A stretch of 64,000 bases of DNA from an uncultured Methanobrevibacter sp. GTDB taxonomy: Archaea > Methanobacteriota > Methanobacteria > Methanobacteriales > Methanobacteriaceae. This document shows, one piece after another, positions 42,900 to 52,050 of this stretch (positions are counted from its first letter, which is position 1; every line of letters starts with the position of its first letter). The stretch covers positions 2,334 through 66,333 of the forward strand of contig ONSJ01000002.1 in the NCBI GenBank assembly GCA_900320515.1, in the 5' to 3' direction. The notes under the pieces were generated by a model. The model searched no databases, was not told the DNA's origin, and was given only the letters and a program-made list of their open reading frames with translations. A program made the translations under genes and the position numbers.

Positions 42900-42928
42900 C
42901 AAGCAGTTTTATCTCATACTCAGGAGAT
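42900..42928 (-). ncRNA. Intercistronic H-type pseudoknot, copy D
   Basis: ATCTC-C-TGAGTA-T-GAGAT-AAAAC-TGCTTG (G-U pairs in stem 2). Confidence 0.7.
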
Positions 42929-42935
42929 CAACTGT

Positions 42936-43208
42936 CTATGCAAGTTCGCAGTACTTGTCAAACAACATTCCTGCTAAACTCTGCATGTATCCTTCGTCGA
43001 ATGAAATGTCAATTTTGATTCCAGACAAGACTAATTCTCTGTAAGTATCTAAGAGATATTGCACACGTTCAAAGTGTTTGTGTATCACTTTCGGATTCTT
43101 ACAAGTCTCTAAGTCTTGCCAAATTTGATTGATATCTGCATCAAGCTTGTACATTTTTATTTCGAAGTCGATTTTCCTTAATTCAGGGTTGTTTCTAAAT
43201 TCAGTCAT
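42936..43208 (-). CDS. Hypothetical protein
   Basis: GAGGTG RBS before MTEFRNN. Confidence 0.65.
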   Translation of the reverse strand: MTEFRNNPELRKIDFEIKMYKLDADINQIWQDLETCKNPKVIHKHFERVQYLLDTYRELVLSGIKIDISFDEGYMQSLAGMLFDKYCELA

Positions 43209-43236
43209 GATTTTCACCTCATTTTAATAAAAAAAA

Positions 43237-43264
43237 TGGAGCATTTAATGGCTGCTCCAAACCA
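43237..43264 (-). ncRNA. Intercistronic H-type pseudoknot, copy E
   Basis: TGGT-T-TGGAGCA-GCCA-TTAAA-TGCTCCA; 7-bp stem 2. Confidence 0.7.
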
Positions 43265-43306
43265 AAACTATTGTTAACAATGTTATATTGATGATTTAAA
43301 AATTTT

Positions 43307-43636
43307 TCAATGGAGAAAGTATTCATAGGAATTTATAAATCTATCAATATCACGAATAACTATTTTGAGCAATTCTTTTGCTCTTTCATCTGTATAATAT
43401 CGAGCAGAGTTATTACAAAAATACAGAAAATCCAATAAAGCTCCATAACTGGTTTTGTCAATTCTATCGAATCGATTTACAAGCTTAAAACAAGATCTCT
43501 TCTCATAAGAATTGCTCCTTACAAGAAACACCATTTCTGAAAAGCTGTCATAGACTTTTTCGGAAATATTTGCTTCAAGTTCTTTATTACTTGGCACATA
43601 CACTATTAACACCTCCTTGAATGTCGATTTAACCAT
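43307..43636 (-). CDS. Hypothetical protein (start may be GTG 43603)
   Basis: ORF track; GGAGGTG RBS precedes GTG 43603. Confidence 0.6.
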   Translation of the reverse strand: MVKSTFKEVLIVYVPSNKELEANISEKVYDSFSEMVFLVRSNSYEKRSCFKLVNRFDRIDKTSYGALLDFLYFCNNSARYYTDERAKELLKIVIRDIDRFINSYEYFLH

Positions 43637-43869
43637 AATTCACAAGCTTCACGCATTGTAGCGCTTTCAAGAGGTCTTGCTACTTTATGAGAACTTGCAA
43701 ATAATGATATAGCCATCCTGTGACTATCAAATTCATAATCTACTTCGGAACCTGCAAGTAAGTCTACTGCAAATTGTTCTGCTGCTACAATAACCTCTTC
43801 AGGATTAGTGTAAGAAGTATTGCAACGTTTGTTTACAAAATCTAAACCTATTTCGATTTCATTCACCAT
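43606..43869 (-). CDS. Hypothetical protein
   Basis: AGGTGA RBS, 87 aa. Confidence 0.65.
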   Translation of the reverse strand: MVNEIEIGLDFVNKRCNTSYTNPEEVIVAAEQFAVDLLAGSEVDYEFDSHRMAISLFASSHKVARPLESATMREACELWLNRHSRRC

Positions 43870-43897
43870 ATTATCACCTAAAATAGGATGGGAAGTC

Positions 43898-44413
43898 TTA
43901 TTTACCTCCCATTCTCATTGACTTTAAATCTACAACAACTTTCTGTAACTCTGCAACAATTGCTTTTAAATGTTGAACCTCTTCCTTTAAGGCACCAACA
44001 TCGTTGCTGAGAGTAGTATCAGTTTCTAAATCAATTACTCTTTTAAATATAACCTCTGGAACATCTTCAACAGGTTTATTGATATACGCCCAGTTTTCAG
44101 AGTCAATCTCAAGATAAATACAGCTTGAATGGACTCCAACTGCTTTACCATAGTATTCTCTATTATCGAAGTTCAATTCTGATTTCAATCTACTTGCAGA
44201 CAGATTACCATTTTTAATATTGTTGACAGACAGTGTTTTATCGCTGTTAGCAATATTTCCGACCAATTCTTGGTCTCCATTGAAAATAGATATTGCATCT
44301 GAATCAAATTCATTGTCTATGTCTTCTCTTAGTATTAGGTAGTCTTCCAGTTCCACAGGATTTACAATCCGATGATACGAAAGCCCTACGACCTTTGCCT
44401 TTAATATACTCAT
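43898..44413 (-). CDS. HIRAN-like domain + coiled coil
   Basis: VVGLSYH...LILRED.DNEFDSDAISI....LVGNI pattern; heptad C-terminus. Confidence 0.75.
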   Translation of the reverse strand: MSILKAKVVGLSYHRIVNPVELEDYLILREDIDNEFDSDAISIFNGDQELVGNIANSDKTLSVNNIKNGNLSASRLKSELNFDNREYYGKAVGVHSSCIYLEIDSENWAYINKPVEDVPEVIFKRVIDLETDTTLSNDVGALKEEVQHLKAIVAELQKVVVDLKSMRMGGK

Positions 44414-44425
44414 ATTATCACCTCA

Positions 44426-44557
44426 TCAAATTCCCATTCCTTCGAAATCAATTGTGGAAACAACTAACTCCTCAGGAGTTAAGGAATTTTTGTATTCGAC
44501 AAAAAATTCAAAGTCAACAGCATTGTACATTGTAGTTTTTAAGTTCTTTTCTTCCAT
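44426..44557 (-). CDS. 43-aa hypothetical peptide, first gene of the operon
   Basis: MEEKNLKTTMYNAVDFEFFVEYKNSLTPEELVVSTIDFEGMGI with AGGTGA RBS. Confidence 0.55.
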   Translation of the reverse strand: MEEKNLKTTMYNAVDFEFFVEYKNSLTPEELVVSTIDFEGMGI

Positions 44558-44792
44558 TTTATCACCTATTTTTTATTAAAAATGCCCAATATATGCTGTA
44601 AAAGTGAGAGATTAGCACACAGCATATATCAACATCACCAACCTCACGGTAGGCTCATGACTGACTTTTCAATTTTCCATGCTGTCTCGCAGGCATTGAT
44701 AAAAAAAACAAAATGTAATGGCTTAATTAGTGTCCTACTTCAGATTGGAAAAATTTTCTTTTATATATGGATTAGAATTCCGATTCATATCT

Positions 44793-44981
44793 ATGTGTAA
44801 TGAAAAAAATACCAAAAAAGATGAAAGGAACACCTTTACGGTGCGTATGGACAAAAGCATGCAAGATATGGTATCATACTTGCAAGAAAAAAAGCTATTA
44901 AATAAAACTGCAATCATACGTCTAGCGGTTGCTGAAATGTATGAACGTGAAATAAATCATATTAAAAAAGGATGTGAGTAA
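44793..44981 (+). CDS. Ribbon-helix-helix regulator (probably leaderless)
   Basis: TFTVRMDKSMQDMVSYLQEKKLLNKTAIIRLAV; TTTATATA about 25 nt upstream of ATG 44793. Confidence 0.8.
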   Translation: MCNEKNTKKDERNTFTVRMDKSMQDMVSYLQEKKLLNKTAIIRLAVAEMYEREINHIKKGCE

Positions 44982-44984
44982 AAA

Positions 44985-45338
44985 ATGTTTAATGATGAAG
45001 AAAAATATGAAATTTGTAAATATTTTGATGACATAAATATACGATACTTCAACATTCCTACGGTGGATGAAATGCGAGAAGTTCATCAATTACTTACAAA
45101 CGGAGATAAAGAAGCATATATTATTGATAAGGACAATTATCTTGAAAAGGAAATGTATTGGCATACTGTACACCACATTTATAGTGAAAATAGATTTGTT
45201 ATGCCCCATTCACTTAACTTAAGCAGACAAGCAACATCTGATGAAATAGTGAAATATTATGTTGCTCCAGAAGATGTTATGATGGTTGAAGACATACTTA
45301 AAATGGAACGTGAACTATATAATAACAGATTGAAATAG
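44985..45338 (+). CDS. Hypothetical protein
   Basis: 117 aa, 3 nt after the RHH gene. Confidence 0.65.
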   Translation: MFNDEEKYEICKYFDDINIRYFNIPTVDEMREVHQLLTNGDKEAYIIDKDNYLEKEMYWHTVHHIYSENRFVMPHSLNLSRQATSDEIVKYYVAPEDVMMVEDILKMERELYNNRLK

Positions 45339-45381
45339 GAGATGTTTTAATTAACCAAAACGTCTAATATCATGAATTGTT

Positions 45382-46590
45382 TTATTCCATTAGTGATATA
45401 AAGCATAATTCAAGAATATCATTATTAGTTAAATATATGGGTTCACCTTTATCTCCAAGGTCATCAAGATACCTTATAATATTGTCAACTAAAATATTTT
45501 TGTTAATATTGTAGTTATTAAAAATGTCATTGGCGTCAAGTTTTGAAACGAGTTCATGAATCATAGGTTCATAGGTTAGTGGATGTATCTCAATGTCTTC
45601 TATTATTATCGATTCAAGATCAAATTTAAGAGAAGGTTTAAGCAATAGATTATCCAAATATAACTTGGAATTTTTAAAATATCCTATCTGATTATCATTC
45701 AATGCAAAATCAATTACTTGATGTATATCAACATTCTCTTGATAATCAGCAATATGATTACCAACAATTTGTAAAACTTCATTATCCGTAAATGATTTCT
45801 TATCAGATTCCGTCAATCTACCAACTTTTGCATTAAAATGCATTTCTAAATCAGAAGGTTTATCCCAACTTGGTCTGATAATATCATAGTTTTTTGCAGT
45901 TATATATGGTAGAACCTTTTTATAGTCAAGCAACAGTCTTCTTGAATTATTTGAAAACTTCTTGTAATATACATCATCTTTAGGTAAGCCATTGGTAAAT
46001 AATGTAATCAATTTAACCTTATACTCACTATAGGAATCACGACGATATTTTCGTTGTTTTCCATTGTCATAATCAGGAGAATGTTTAAGATATTGAGTAA
46101 TGAAAAATTCCTGCAATGCTTTTGCTCCAAACTTATGTGAAACAATTTCACCCTGAAATGAAAATGGATAATAAGACCCTACATCAGTTAAATATTCACT
46201 GATCCTAAAATTGTCATCAAGTGTGCTTTGAGGAATATCAAACAGTTTGTCAGATTCAACAAGGTTGCCTTTAGATAATCTTTCTTTAAGGTGGAGAAAT
46301 ATGTAAAACAATGATTCTGGGCTAGAAAAGTTTAGTTTGAAAGTTTTTTCGGTTTCATGAATCCATATTGGAATTATGTTATTGGGATTGCGTTTTAATA
46401 ATGAATCTATTATATCTTCATGGCAAGCGGAAAGCAGATCACCAATCGTTAAAGCCAATGCTTCATTCCTGTTCATTCCTGAAGATAATATAAAAGTTAT
46501 AGTTGCTTTTGCAGCAATATTTTTACTTAAAGTTAAACATGTATATATTTCTCGCAACTCCAAAATTGTTTTTTTCCCAGTCATGCACAT
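45382..46590 (-). CDS. Degenerate tyrosine-recombinase-like protein
   Basis: FILSSGMNRNEALALTIGDL and HKFGAKALQEFF align with SSGMRVSDALSFTIGDF and KLHPHICRKFF of the integrase. Confidence 0.75.
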   Translation of the reverse strand: MCMTGKKTILELREIYTCLTLSKNIAAKATITFILSSGMNRNEALALTIGDLLSACHEDIIDSLLKRNPNNIIPIWIHETEKTFKLNFSSPESLFYIFLHLKERLSKGNLVESDKLFDIPQSTLDDNFRISEYLTDVGSYYPFSFQGEIVSHKFGAKALQEFFITQYLKHSPDYDNGKQRKYRRDSYSEYKVKLITLFTNGLPKDDVYYKKFSNNSRRLLLDYKKVLPYITAKNYDIIRPSWDKPSDLEMHFNAKVGRLTESDKKSFTDNEVLQIVGNHIADYQENVDIHQVIDFALNDNQIGYFKNSKLYLDNLLLKPSLKFDLESIIIEDIEIHPLTYEPMIHELVSKLDANDIFNNYNINKNILVDNIIRYLDDLGDKGEPIYLTNNDILELCFISLME

Positions 46591-46848
46591 TATTATTTCC
46601 CAAATAATATTTATAATTTATCAAAAAAATCACGATGACACCAACATTTTTCTGAATTTATAATATAAACCAACAAACAAATGTAAAAAAATAACGGCAC
46701 AAGTAACAATATTTTTAAAAAATAAAGAATTTAAGCACTTCTCAAAATAAATGTAGCTTTTATATATGTTAAAAGTTACATAGGATGTATTGAAGTTCTT
46801 TTACTCTAATAAAGGAACTCATAATCACTAAAAAATGGAGGAAAAAAC

Positions 46849-47016
46849 ATGGCTAATAAATTTTCATCAACTCCAATCACAGTCAAAAGAACTGATGAAA
46901 TGGATAAAATGATTGATTACCTACAAAGCAAATGGCTACTCAATCCCACAGCAGTCATGAGACATGCATTAGCAGTAGCATATGAAATAGAAGTCAAAAA
47001 AGACCAATGTGATTAA
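46849..47016 (+). CDS. Ribbon-helix-helix regulator (below ORF-track cutoff)
   Basis: MANKFSSTPITVKRTDEMDKMIDYLQSKWLLNPTAVMRHALAVAYE; GGAGG RBS. Confidence 0.78.
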   Translation: MANKFSSTPITVKRTDEMDKMIDYLQSKWLLNPTAVMRHALAVAYEIEVKKDQCD

Positions 47017-47017
47017 T

Positions 47018-47158
47018 ATGGTAAGATATAAAATCAGAAAAACTAAATTACGAGACCTGCTAAAGAACTCCAGTTCCTATGAGGTACGCCAATTTGGTAA
47101 AACTGGAAAGACTGACGAACGCATACATGTAGCTACATGGCTGCAATACTACAAATGA
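47018..47158 (+). CDS. 46-aa basic peptide
   Basis: MVRYKIRKTKLRDLLKNSSSYEVRQFGKTGKTDERIHVATWLQYYK fills the gap between two RHH genes. Confidence 0.5.
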   Translation: MVRYKIRKTKLRDLLKNSSSYEVRQFGKTGKTDERIHVATWLQYYK

Positions 47159-47168
47159 AGGTGTTAAA

Positions 47169-47372
47169 ATGAGTGTAAGACGTTATTTTAATAAGGAATA
47201 CAATTACTGCCCAGACACAGTGACCATAAATACCAAAGACGAACTTGGCGATAGGGTTGCATATTTAAGTAAAAAATTACAGCTCAGACCATCCGCAGTT
47301 GTCGCTTACTGCGTTTCAAGAATATATGACAAAGAAGTAAATGATGAAAAAAGAATGAAGATGGAGGCATGA
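47169..47372 (+). CDS. Ribbon-helix-helix-like protein
   Basis: TVTINTKDELGDRVAYLSKKLQLRPSAVVAYCVSRIY; AGGTG RBS. Confidence 0.7.
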   Translation: MSVRRYFNKEYNYCPDTVTINTKDELGDRVAYLSKKLQLRPSAVVAYCVSRIYDKEVNDEKRMKMEA

Positions 47373-47373
47373 T

Positions 47374-47553
47374 ATGATGAATGAACCCATATTCCATTGT
47401 TTTATCTGTAATGATGGGCATGAAAACTGCAGAGATTGCGATATCTGCACCTATGATATTGAAGAATATCCAAGAGAACCAACATTTGATAAAATTGAAG
47501 CTACAATTGAACACATGCTTGCAGAATCCGAAGCAAAAGCAGATAGAATGTGA
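47374..47553 (+). CDS. 59-aa Cys-rich protein
   Basis: MMNEPIFHCFICNDGHENCRDCDICTYD...; GGAGG RBS; different frame from ORF-track 47381. Confidence 0.6.
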   Translation: MMNEPIFHCFICNDGHENCRDCDICTYDIEEYPREPTFDKIEATIEHMLAESEAKADRM

Positions 47554-47557
47554 TAAA

Positions 47558-47884
47558 ATGAAACATTTTACTATCAAACTTCAACAAATTAAAAAAGACA
47601 TTAAATTTTATACAAACTATAATTTAACATCATTCAATCAAAGTGATTTGGAAGAACAGGTTGAAGAAATAACTAATGTATGGTTTGTATTACAAAATTA
47701 CGACAAATCAAGACAAAAATACATAGATGCATTAAATAACTGTACAGATATGTGTAACATTAGTTCAAAAATAACTTTTAAGAAAATATTGTATTTAAAT
47801 GCATTATGTGATATTATCAACGATTTATTAACTGAAATGAAAAAAATGAGTCAGTTAAATTTAATTCAAACCCCTTTAACTTAA
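47558..47884 (+). CDS. Hypothetical helical protein
   Basis: MKHFTIKLQQ...; 3' part of ORF-track 47381-47884. Confidence 0.55.
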   Translation: MKHFTIKLQQIKKDIKFYTNYNLTSFNQSDLEEQVEEITNVWFVLQNYDKSRQKYIDALNNCTDMCNISSKITFKKILYLNALCDIINDLLTEMKKMSQLNLIQTPLT

Positions 47885-48155
47885 TGGTGGTGTTACAATG
47901 ACATGAAAAAAATAATTTAAAATAAGTACTTAGAAGATTTAATATCTAATGGTGGTATAACCAAAAGATACAAAATCATTATTAGCATAATTATTTCTGT
48001 TGTCTTTTGTATATAAATACTGCCATAGATATTACTTTTTCTATTTTAAGTTTGCTCACCGATGACAAGGTGATTACGAACATAAAACCATTTATAATTT
48101 TGAATGGTCTAGTTGCAATTAAAATACAACTAATATTATTACAGGAGGCCAAAAC

Positions 48156-48500
48156 ATGGCATTCGAAAAAATAATCATAGAAGAAGACAAAAATTCCAAA
48201 TTCTGGAATCCACAAACAGAAGGAGAGTACATTGAAGGCAACATTGCTGGAGATGCAAAAGACAAGTATGGAAACAGGCAAATTGTTCTTGATAGAGGTA
48301 CTGATGAGGAAGGCAATATGAAAAAAACAATCTTGCCCGCACATCACAACTTAAAACGTTACTATAATCATATCAATGATGGAGATTATGTTAGAGTAAC
48401 ATTAGTTAAAATAATACCTCCCAAAAAAGAAGGCAACCAACCATACAGAGTTTACCAAATGGAAATTGATCCGTCAAGGTTCAAGGAGTATGACAACTGA
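48156..48500 (+). CDS. Putative OB-fold ssDNA-binding protein
   Basis: FWNP..EG..IEG...L.AH..L.....GDYVRV....YRVY pattern; upstream of the primase; AGGAGG RBS. Confidence 0.6.
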   Translation: MAFEKIIIEEDKNSKFWNPQTEGEYIEGNIAGDAKDKYGNRQIVLDRGTDEEGNMKKTILPAHHNLKRYYNHINDGDYVRVTLVKIIPPKKEGNQPYRVYQMEIDPSRFKEYDN

Positions 48501-48538
48501 TTGTAGATTCAATTCTACAATCTTTTCACGGTGATAGC

Positions 48539-48919
48539 ATGCAAAATGATAAAAATGTTCTAGCATTTAAAAAATTAATTACACTTTTAATTAATCTTAA
48601 AAAAGAAGCGCAAAATATACACAAATACAGTCTAAATTTAGAAAATCAACTTGACAATATGTTAGATACTCTTATATTATGTCAAGATGAAGATATCTCA
48701 AAATTAACTACGGATAAATTAAAATATCTTCAATCAGATTTAACGAACATCAATATCCCTTTAGGAGGCATTATAGCTAATGCAGACATTCTCCAAGATT
48801 TTGAATATGAAATTGAAGATGCAATCAAAGATATGATTAGAATAGCTTACCCCGATAATCCATCCATGAGGCATCTAAAAACATATAATATGCGCAAAAG
48901 CGAATGTAAATTTGGTTAA
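48539..48919 (+). CDS. Hypothetical helical protein
   Basis: GGTGA RBS; lies in the replication operon. Confidence 0.65.
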   Translation: MQNDKNVLAFKKLITLLINLKKEAQNIHKYSLNLENQLDNMLDTLILCQDEDISKLTTDKLKYLQSDLTNINIPLGGIIANADILQDFEYEIEDAIKDMIRIAYPDNPSMRHLKTYNMRKSECKFG

Positions 48920-48963
48920 TTTTAATCATTTTTACTTTAAGCAACATTAATTAAGGTGAAATC

Positions 48964-51678
48964 ATGATTACCAAAATTACTGACAACATATTAGATTTAC
49001 TTAAACAATTAGGGTCAAATCGAATAAAAGTCATCCCTTTGAAGAAAAACAGTAAAGAACCACTTAACAAAGACTTTTTCAATAAAAAATACAAAATCTC
49101 TGAACTTCAAAAACATAAAGGTAACTTTGGAATTGTTGTTGGAGCAAATCACAAAGAATCATCACTAGCAATCATCGATATTGATGGATACAAACTTAAT
49201 AATGCAAGCGATGAGGAATATAAGAAAGTAAAACATCAAACAGCAACATTTATCTTTGAATGTTTAAAAGACATTCCTGGATCTATGCATGTAAAAACAC
49301 AGTCTGGCGGATACCACATTTATCTTTGGAACAAAACAGTATTTGAGAAAACACATGAAACTAGTCAGAATTTACATTTTCCTAAGGACTATGAAATAAA
49401 AGAATTAGCAGGTAAGTCTTTAGGAAGCGCTATTGAAATCTTTACTAAAGACAAATCAAGACAATGTGTATTGCCAGGATCAACAATTTTAGATAAAACT
49501 ACAGGTAAAATTAATGAGTATGTTATAATAAGTGATATCAACAAGTTATCTGATATATCTACTGTCAATGATATTAATACAACTGTAAAAGAAACACTAG
49601 TTGCTCACGGCTTTACATATGTTAAACCCAAATCCAATGAGGGTTTTGAAATAATTGAAGTCAATAATGAACTAAAAAATTTATCTGAGGATGAAATAAA
49701 ACAAGTTGCAAGAATTCTTATTCCCATACTTCAATCAATTAATGGAAAAAAACATAATGGATCAATGGACATTGGTGGATATTTCAGCAAAAACATCACT
49801 CAAAAATCGGCCGAAGCCATATGTGATCTAATTATCGATGAAATCGGAGACATATTTATTAGTTCAAGTGATTTTAAAAAAACTGTTATCAAAAACTATA
49901 ATAGTGACCGTGAAGATAAAGCAGGTCTTCCATCATTAATTGATATTGTCAAATCACGTGATGTTAATTTTAATGGAAGTAAATTCATTTTTGAAATGAA
50001 TAGATTATGCAAGAAACAATTTCGACACAAAATACTAAGCAGCACACACTCACAAAACAAAAAGAAATACCTTTCTATTAATTATAATAACAACACCATT
50101 AGCACTTTTACGTGGAACTACAACTCAACAACAAAAAAGAAACACTACACGAAAATTCATGATGTTTTGAACTTAGCTCCAATTAGCATCCATGAATCCT
50201 ACAACATTTTAGACAACAATGCAAGTCCACAACTATGTTTAACCTTTTACAGAAAAGGAATGCCAACCAAACAAACTATTAAAGGTGATGACATTGAAGC
50301 ATTAGAAAAACAGTTAGCAAGGCGTCCAGGTATTGTATTAAAACCTAAAGAGTACAAAGGTGTTTTAAACGAGGTCATCAATGAATATATAAAATTGGAT
50401 CAAATCGAAATCACAGAGGATATCCCAATTGAAGGCATTTTCATCAATCCAATCAATGGCAAATTGTGTCGCAGAGACGATAAAGGCAACACTGCAATTA
50501 ACAAACCAACTAAAGAAGCCATACAAGAAGGATTGAATGTTTGGATTAAGCTTAAAGATGTATATCCCGGTAACACAAAAAAACTTGCCCATATATTACG
50601 ATATGGTTTAATCTGTCCATTCTCATATATATTAAAAACTGAATATGATTGGATTGAAATGCTCTTTCTTTATGGTCCTAGCCGCACCAGTAAAACTACA
50701 CTAGCAGAAATAGCCCTAAGTCCTTACACCACTATATCCGAAGAAGTGAGCATTGGTGGAGGGGCTTTCGATACACCATATCGTATTGGAAAGTCATTAT
50801 CCAGACAAGGCACAGGCATAATCGTTAACGAACCTTCTCCAGCAATTGAAAAAGGTGAACCTCGTGAAATAATTAAACGAGGAGCCGAATCCAAATACTG
50901 TCGTGAAAAAGACGACAAAGGAGAACATGTGAAAATCCCAGCTTATTCCAATGTCATTTTCACATCCAACTCATTCATGCCCACACATGATGCTTTCGTA
51001 CGCAGAAGTCAATACTTGGAGTTTACAAAAGAAGACAGACTGACCGATGAGGACATTAAAAAATTTAAAGATACATTCCATCACAAAAACTGGAATAACA
51101 CCGATTTCTTAAAACTACGTGCCATTGGAGATTTTATTGTTTGGCACATAAGTGAGAACCTTAAGGTATTAGGTTTAGAGTATGCAGATATAATTAATGA
51201 TATGCTTGATGCATTACTTGATTATGCAGAAGAAGACAAAGCTGAATGGGATTGGATGTATCATGATGCTGAATTAATGGATATTGGATCTGCAGATAAT
51301 GAAGTCATTAATCAATTCAGACGTATGGTTTTAAAAGATTACAAACAGTTAACACGAACCACATACATTCCAAAAATTGAAGGCGAAACAACTGAACAAT
51401 TTCATAAGAGGTTCTTTAAAGAAGCTTTACTGGAAATCATAATGGAAAATAAAATTGATTACCTACATTATCAAAAACTTAATAATGAAGAGCAGATAAT
51501 TGTAAATACCAGTGTTAAAGATTCACTTAATGATTTTTGCGGACTACAAGTAACCTGTAAAGGCTTAGCAGGGTATATGGATCATGAATACAAAAATATC
51601 ACATACAAAAAACACAGCATCAAAGGATTCAGACTCACCTACGATGAATTTAGAGATTTCCTTGATGTTAGTGGATAA
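48964..51678 (+). CDS. Bifunctional primase-polymerase fused to an SF3-type helicase
   Basis: IIDIDG, TQSGGYHIY, CVLPGS (Prim-Pol); YGPSRTSKTT, IIVNE, FTSN, AFVRR (helicase). Confidence 0.87.
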   Translation: MITKITDNILDLLKQLGSNRIKVIPLKKNSKEPLNKDFFNKKYKISELQKHKGNFGIVVGANHKESSLAIIDIDGYKLNNASDEEYKKVKHQTATFIFECLKDIPGSMHVKTQSGGYHIYLWNKTVFEKTHETSQNLHFPKDYEIKELAGKSLGSAIEIFTKDKSRQCVLPGSTILDKTTGKINEYVIISDINKLSDISTVNDINTTVKETLVAHGFTYVKPKSNEGFEIIEVNNELKNLSEDEIKQVARILIPILQSINGKKHNGSMDIGGYFSKNITQKSAEAICDLIIDEIGDIFISSSDFKKTVIKNYNSDREDKAGLPSLIDIVKSRDVNFNGSKFIFEMNRLCKKQFRHKILSSTHSQNKKKYLSINYNNNTISTFTWNYNSTTKKKHYTKIHDVLNLAPISIHESYNILDNNASPQLCLTFYRKGMPTKQTIKGDDIEALEKQLARRPGIVLKPKEYKGVLNEVINEYIKLDQIEITEDIPIEGIFINPINGKLCRRDDKGNTAINKPTKEAIQEGLNVWIKLKDVYPGNTKKLAHILRYGLICPFSYILKTEYDWIEMLFLYGPSRTSKTTLAEIALSPYTTISEEVSIGGGAFDTPYRIGKSLSRQGTGIIVNEPSPAIEKGEPREIIKRGAESKYCREKDDKGEHVKIPAYSNVIFTSNSFMPTHDAFVRRSQYLEFTKEDRLTDEDIKKFKDTFHHKNWNNTDFLKLRAIGDFIVWHISENLKVLGLEYADIINDMLDALLDYAEEDKAEWDWMYHDAELMDIGSADNEVINQFRRMVLKDYKQLTRTTYIPKIEGETTEQFHKRFFKEALLEIIMENKIDYLHYQKLNNEEQIIVNTSVKDSLNDFCGLQVTCKGLAGYMDHEYKNITYKKHSIKGFRLTYDEFRDFLDVSG

Positions 51679-52050
51679 TTACATAAATTACCTGAGATTA
51701 CCTGCAAAAAGGTAATCTCAAAAAGACCTCACAATTGTTTATATTGATGATAGAGGATTTTCCTCTATTATTATATATTATATTACTTTATTACCTAAAA
51801 ATATATATAAATATAATAACACTTATTCTTTCTTCCCCCCAAACACATGAATATATAGGTTTGCATGCGGAAAATTAGGTAATTTAGTAATTTCAATGTA
51901 ATTTGACCCGTTTGATGAGTTTTTTATCCTGCTTGGATATGACTCAGGTAATTTGGAACGTTAGTGATGCGTTTGCTGTTGCGGTGTTGAAGGTTTAGTA
52001 ATAGGCTTTTTGGCATATTTGATTTTTTGAAATGATAGGTAATTAATTAC
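51677..52050. other. Putative iteron origin of replication
   Basis: 13 ATTAC/GTAAT copies, 11-bp inverted repeat 51693-51720, AT-rich core, directly after the primase-helicase gene. Confidence 0.7.

Noticed and set aside
47381-47557. 5' half of ORF-track 47381-47884
   Set aside because: A Cys-rich ORF in another frame (47374-47553) has the RBS and stops just before ATG 47558, so two genes fit better.
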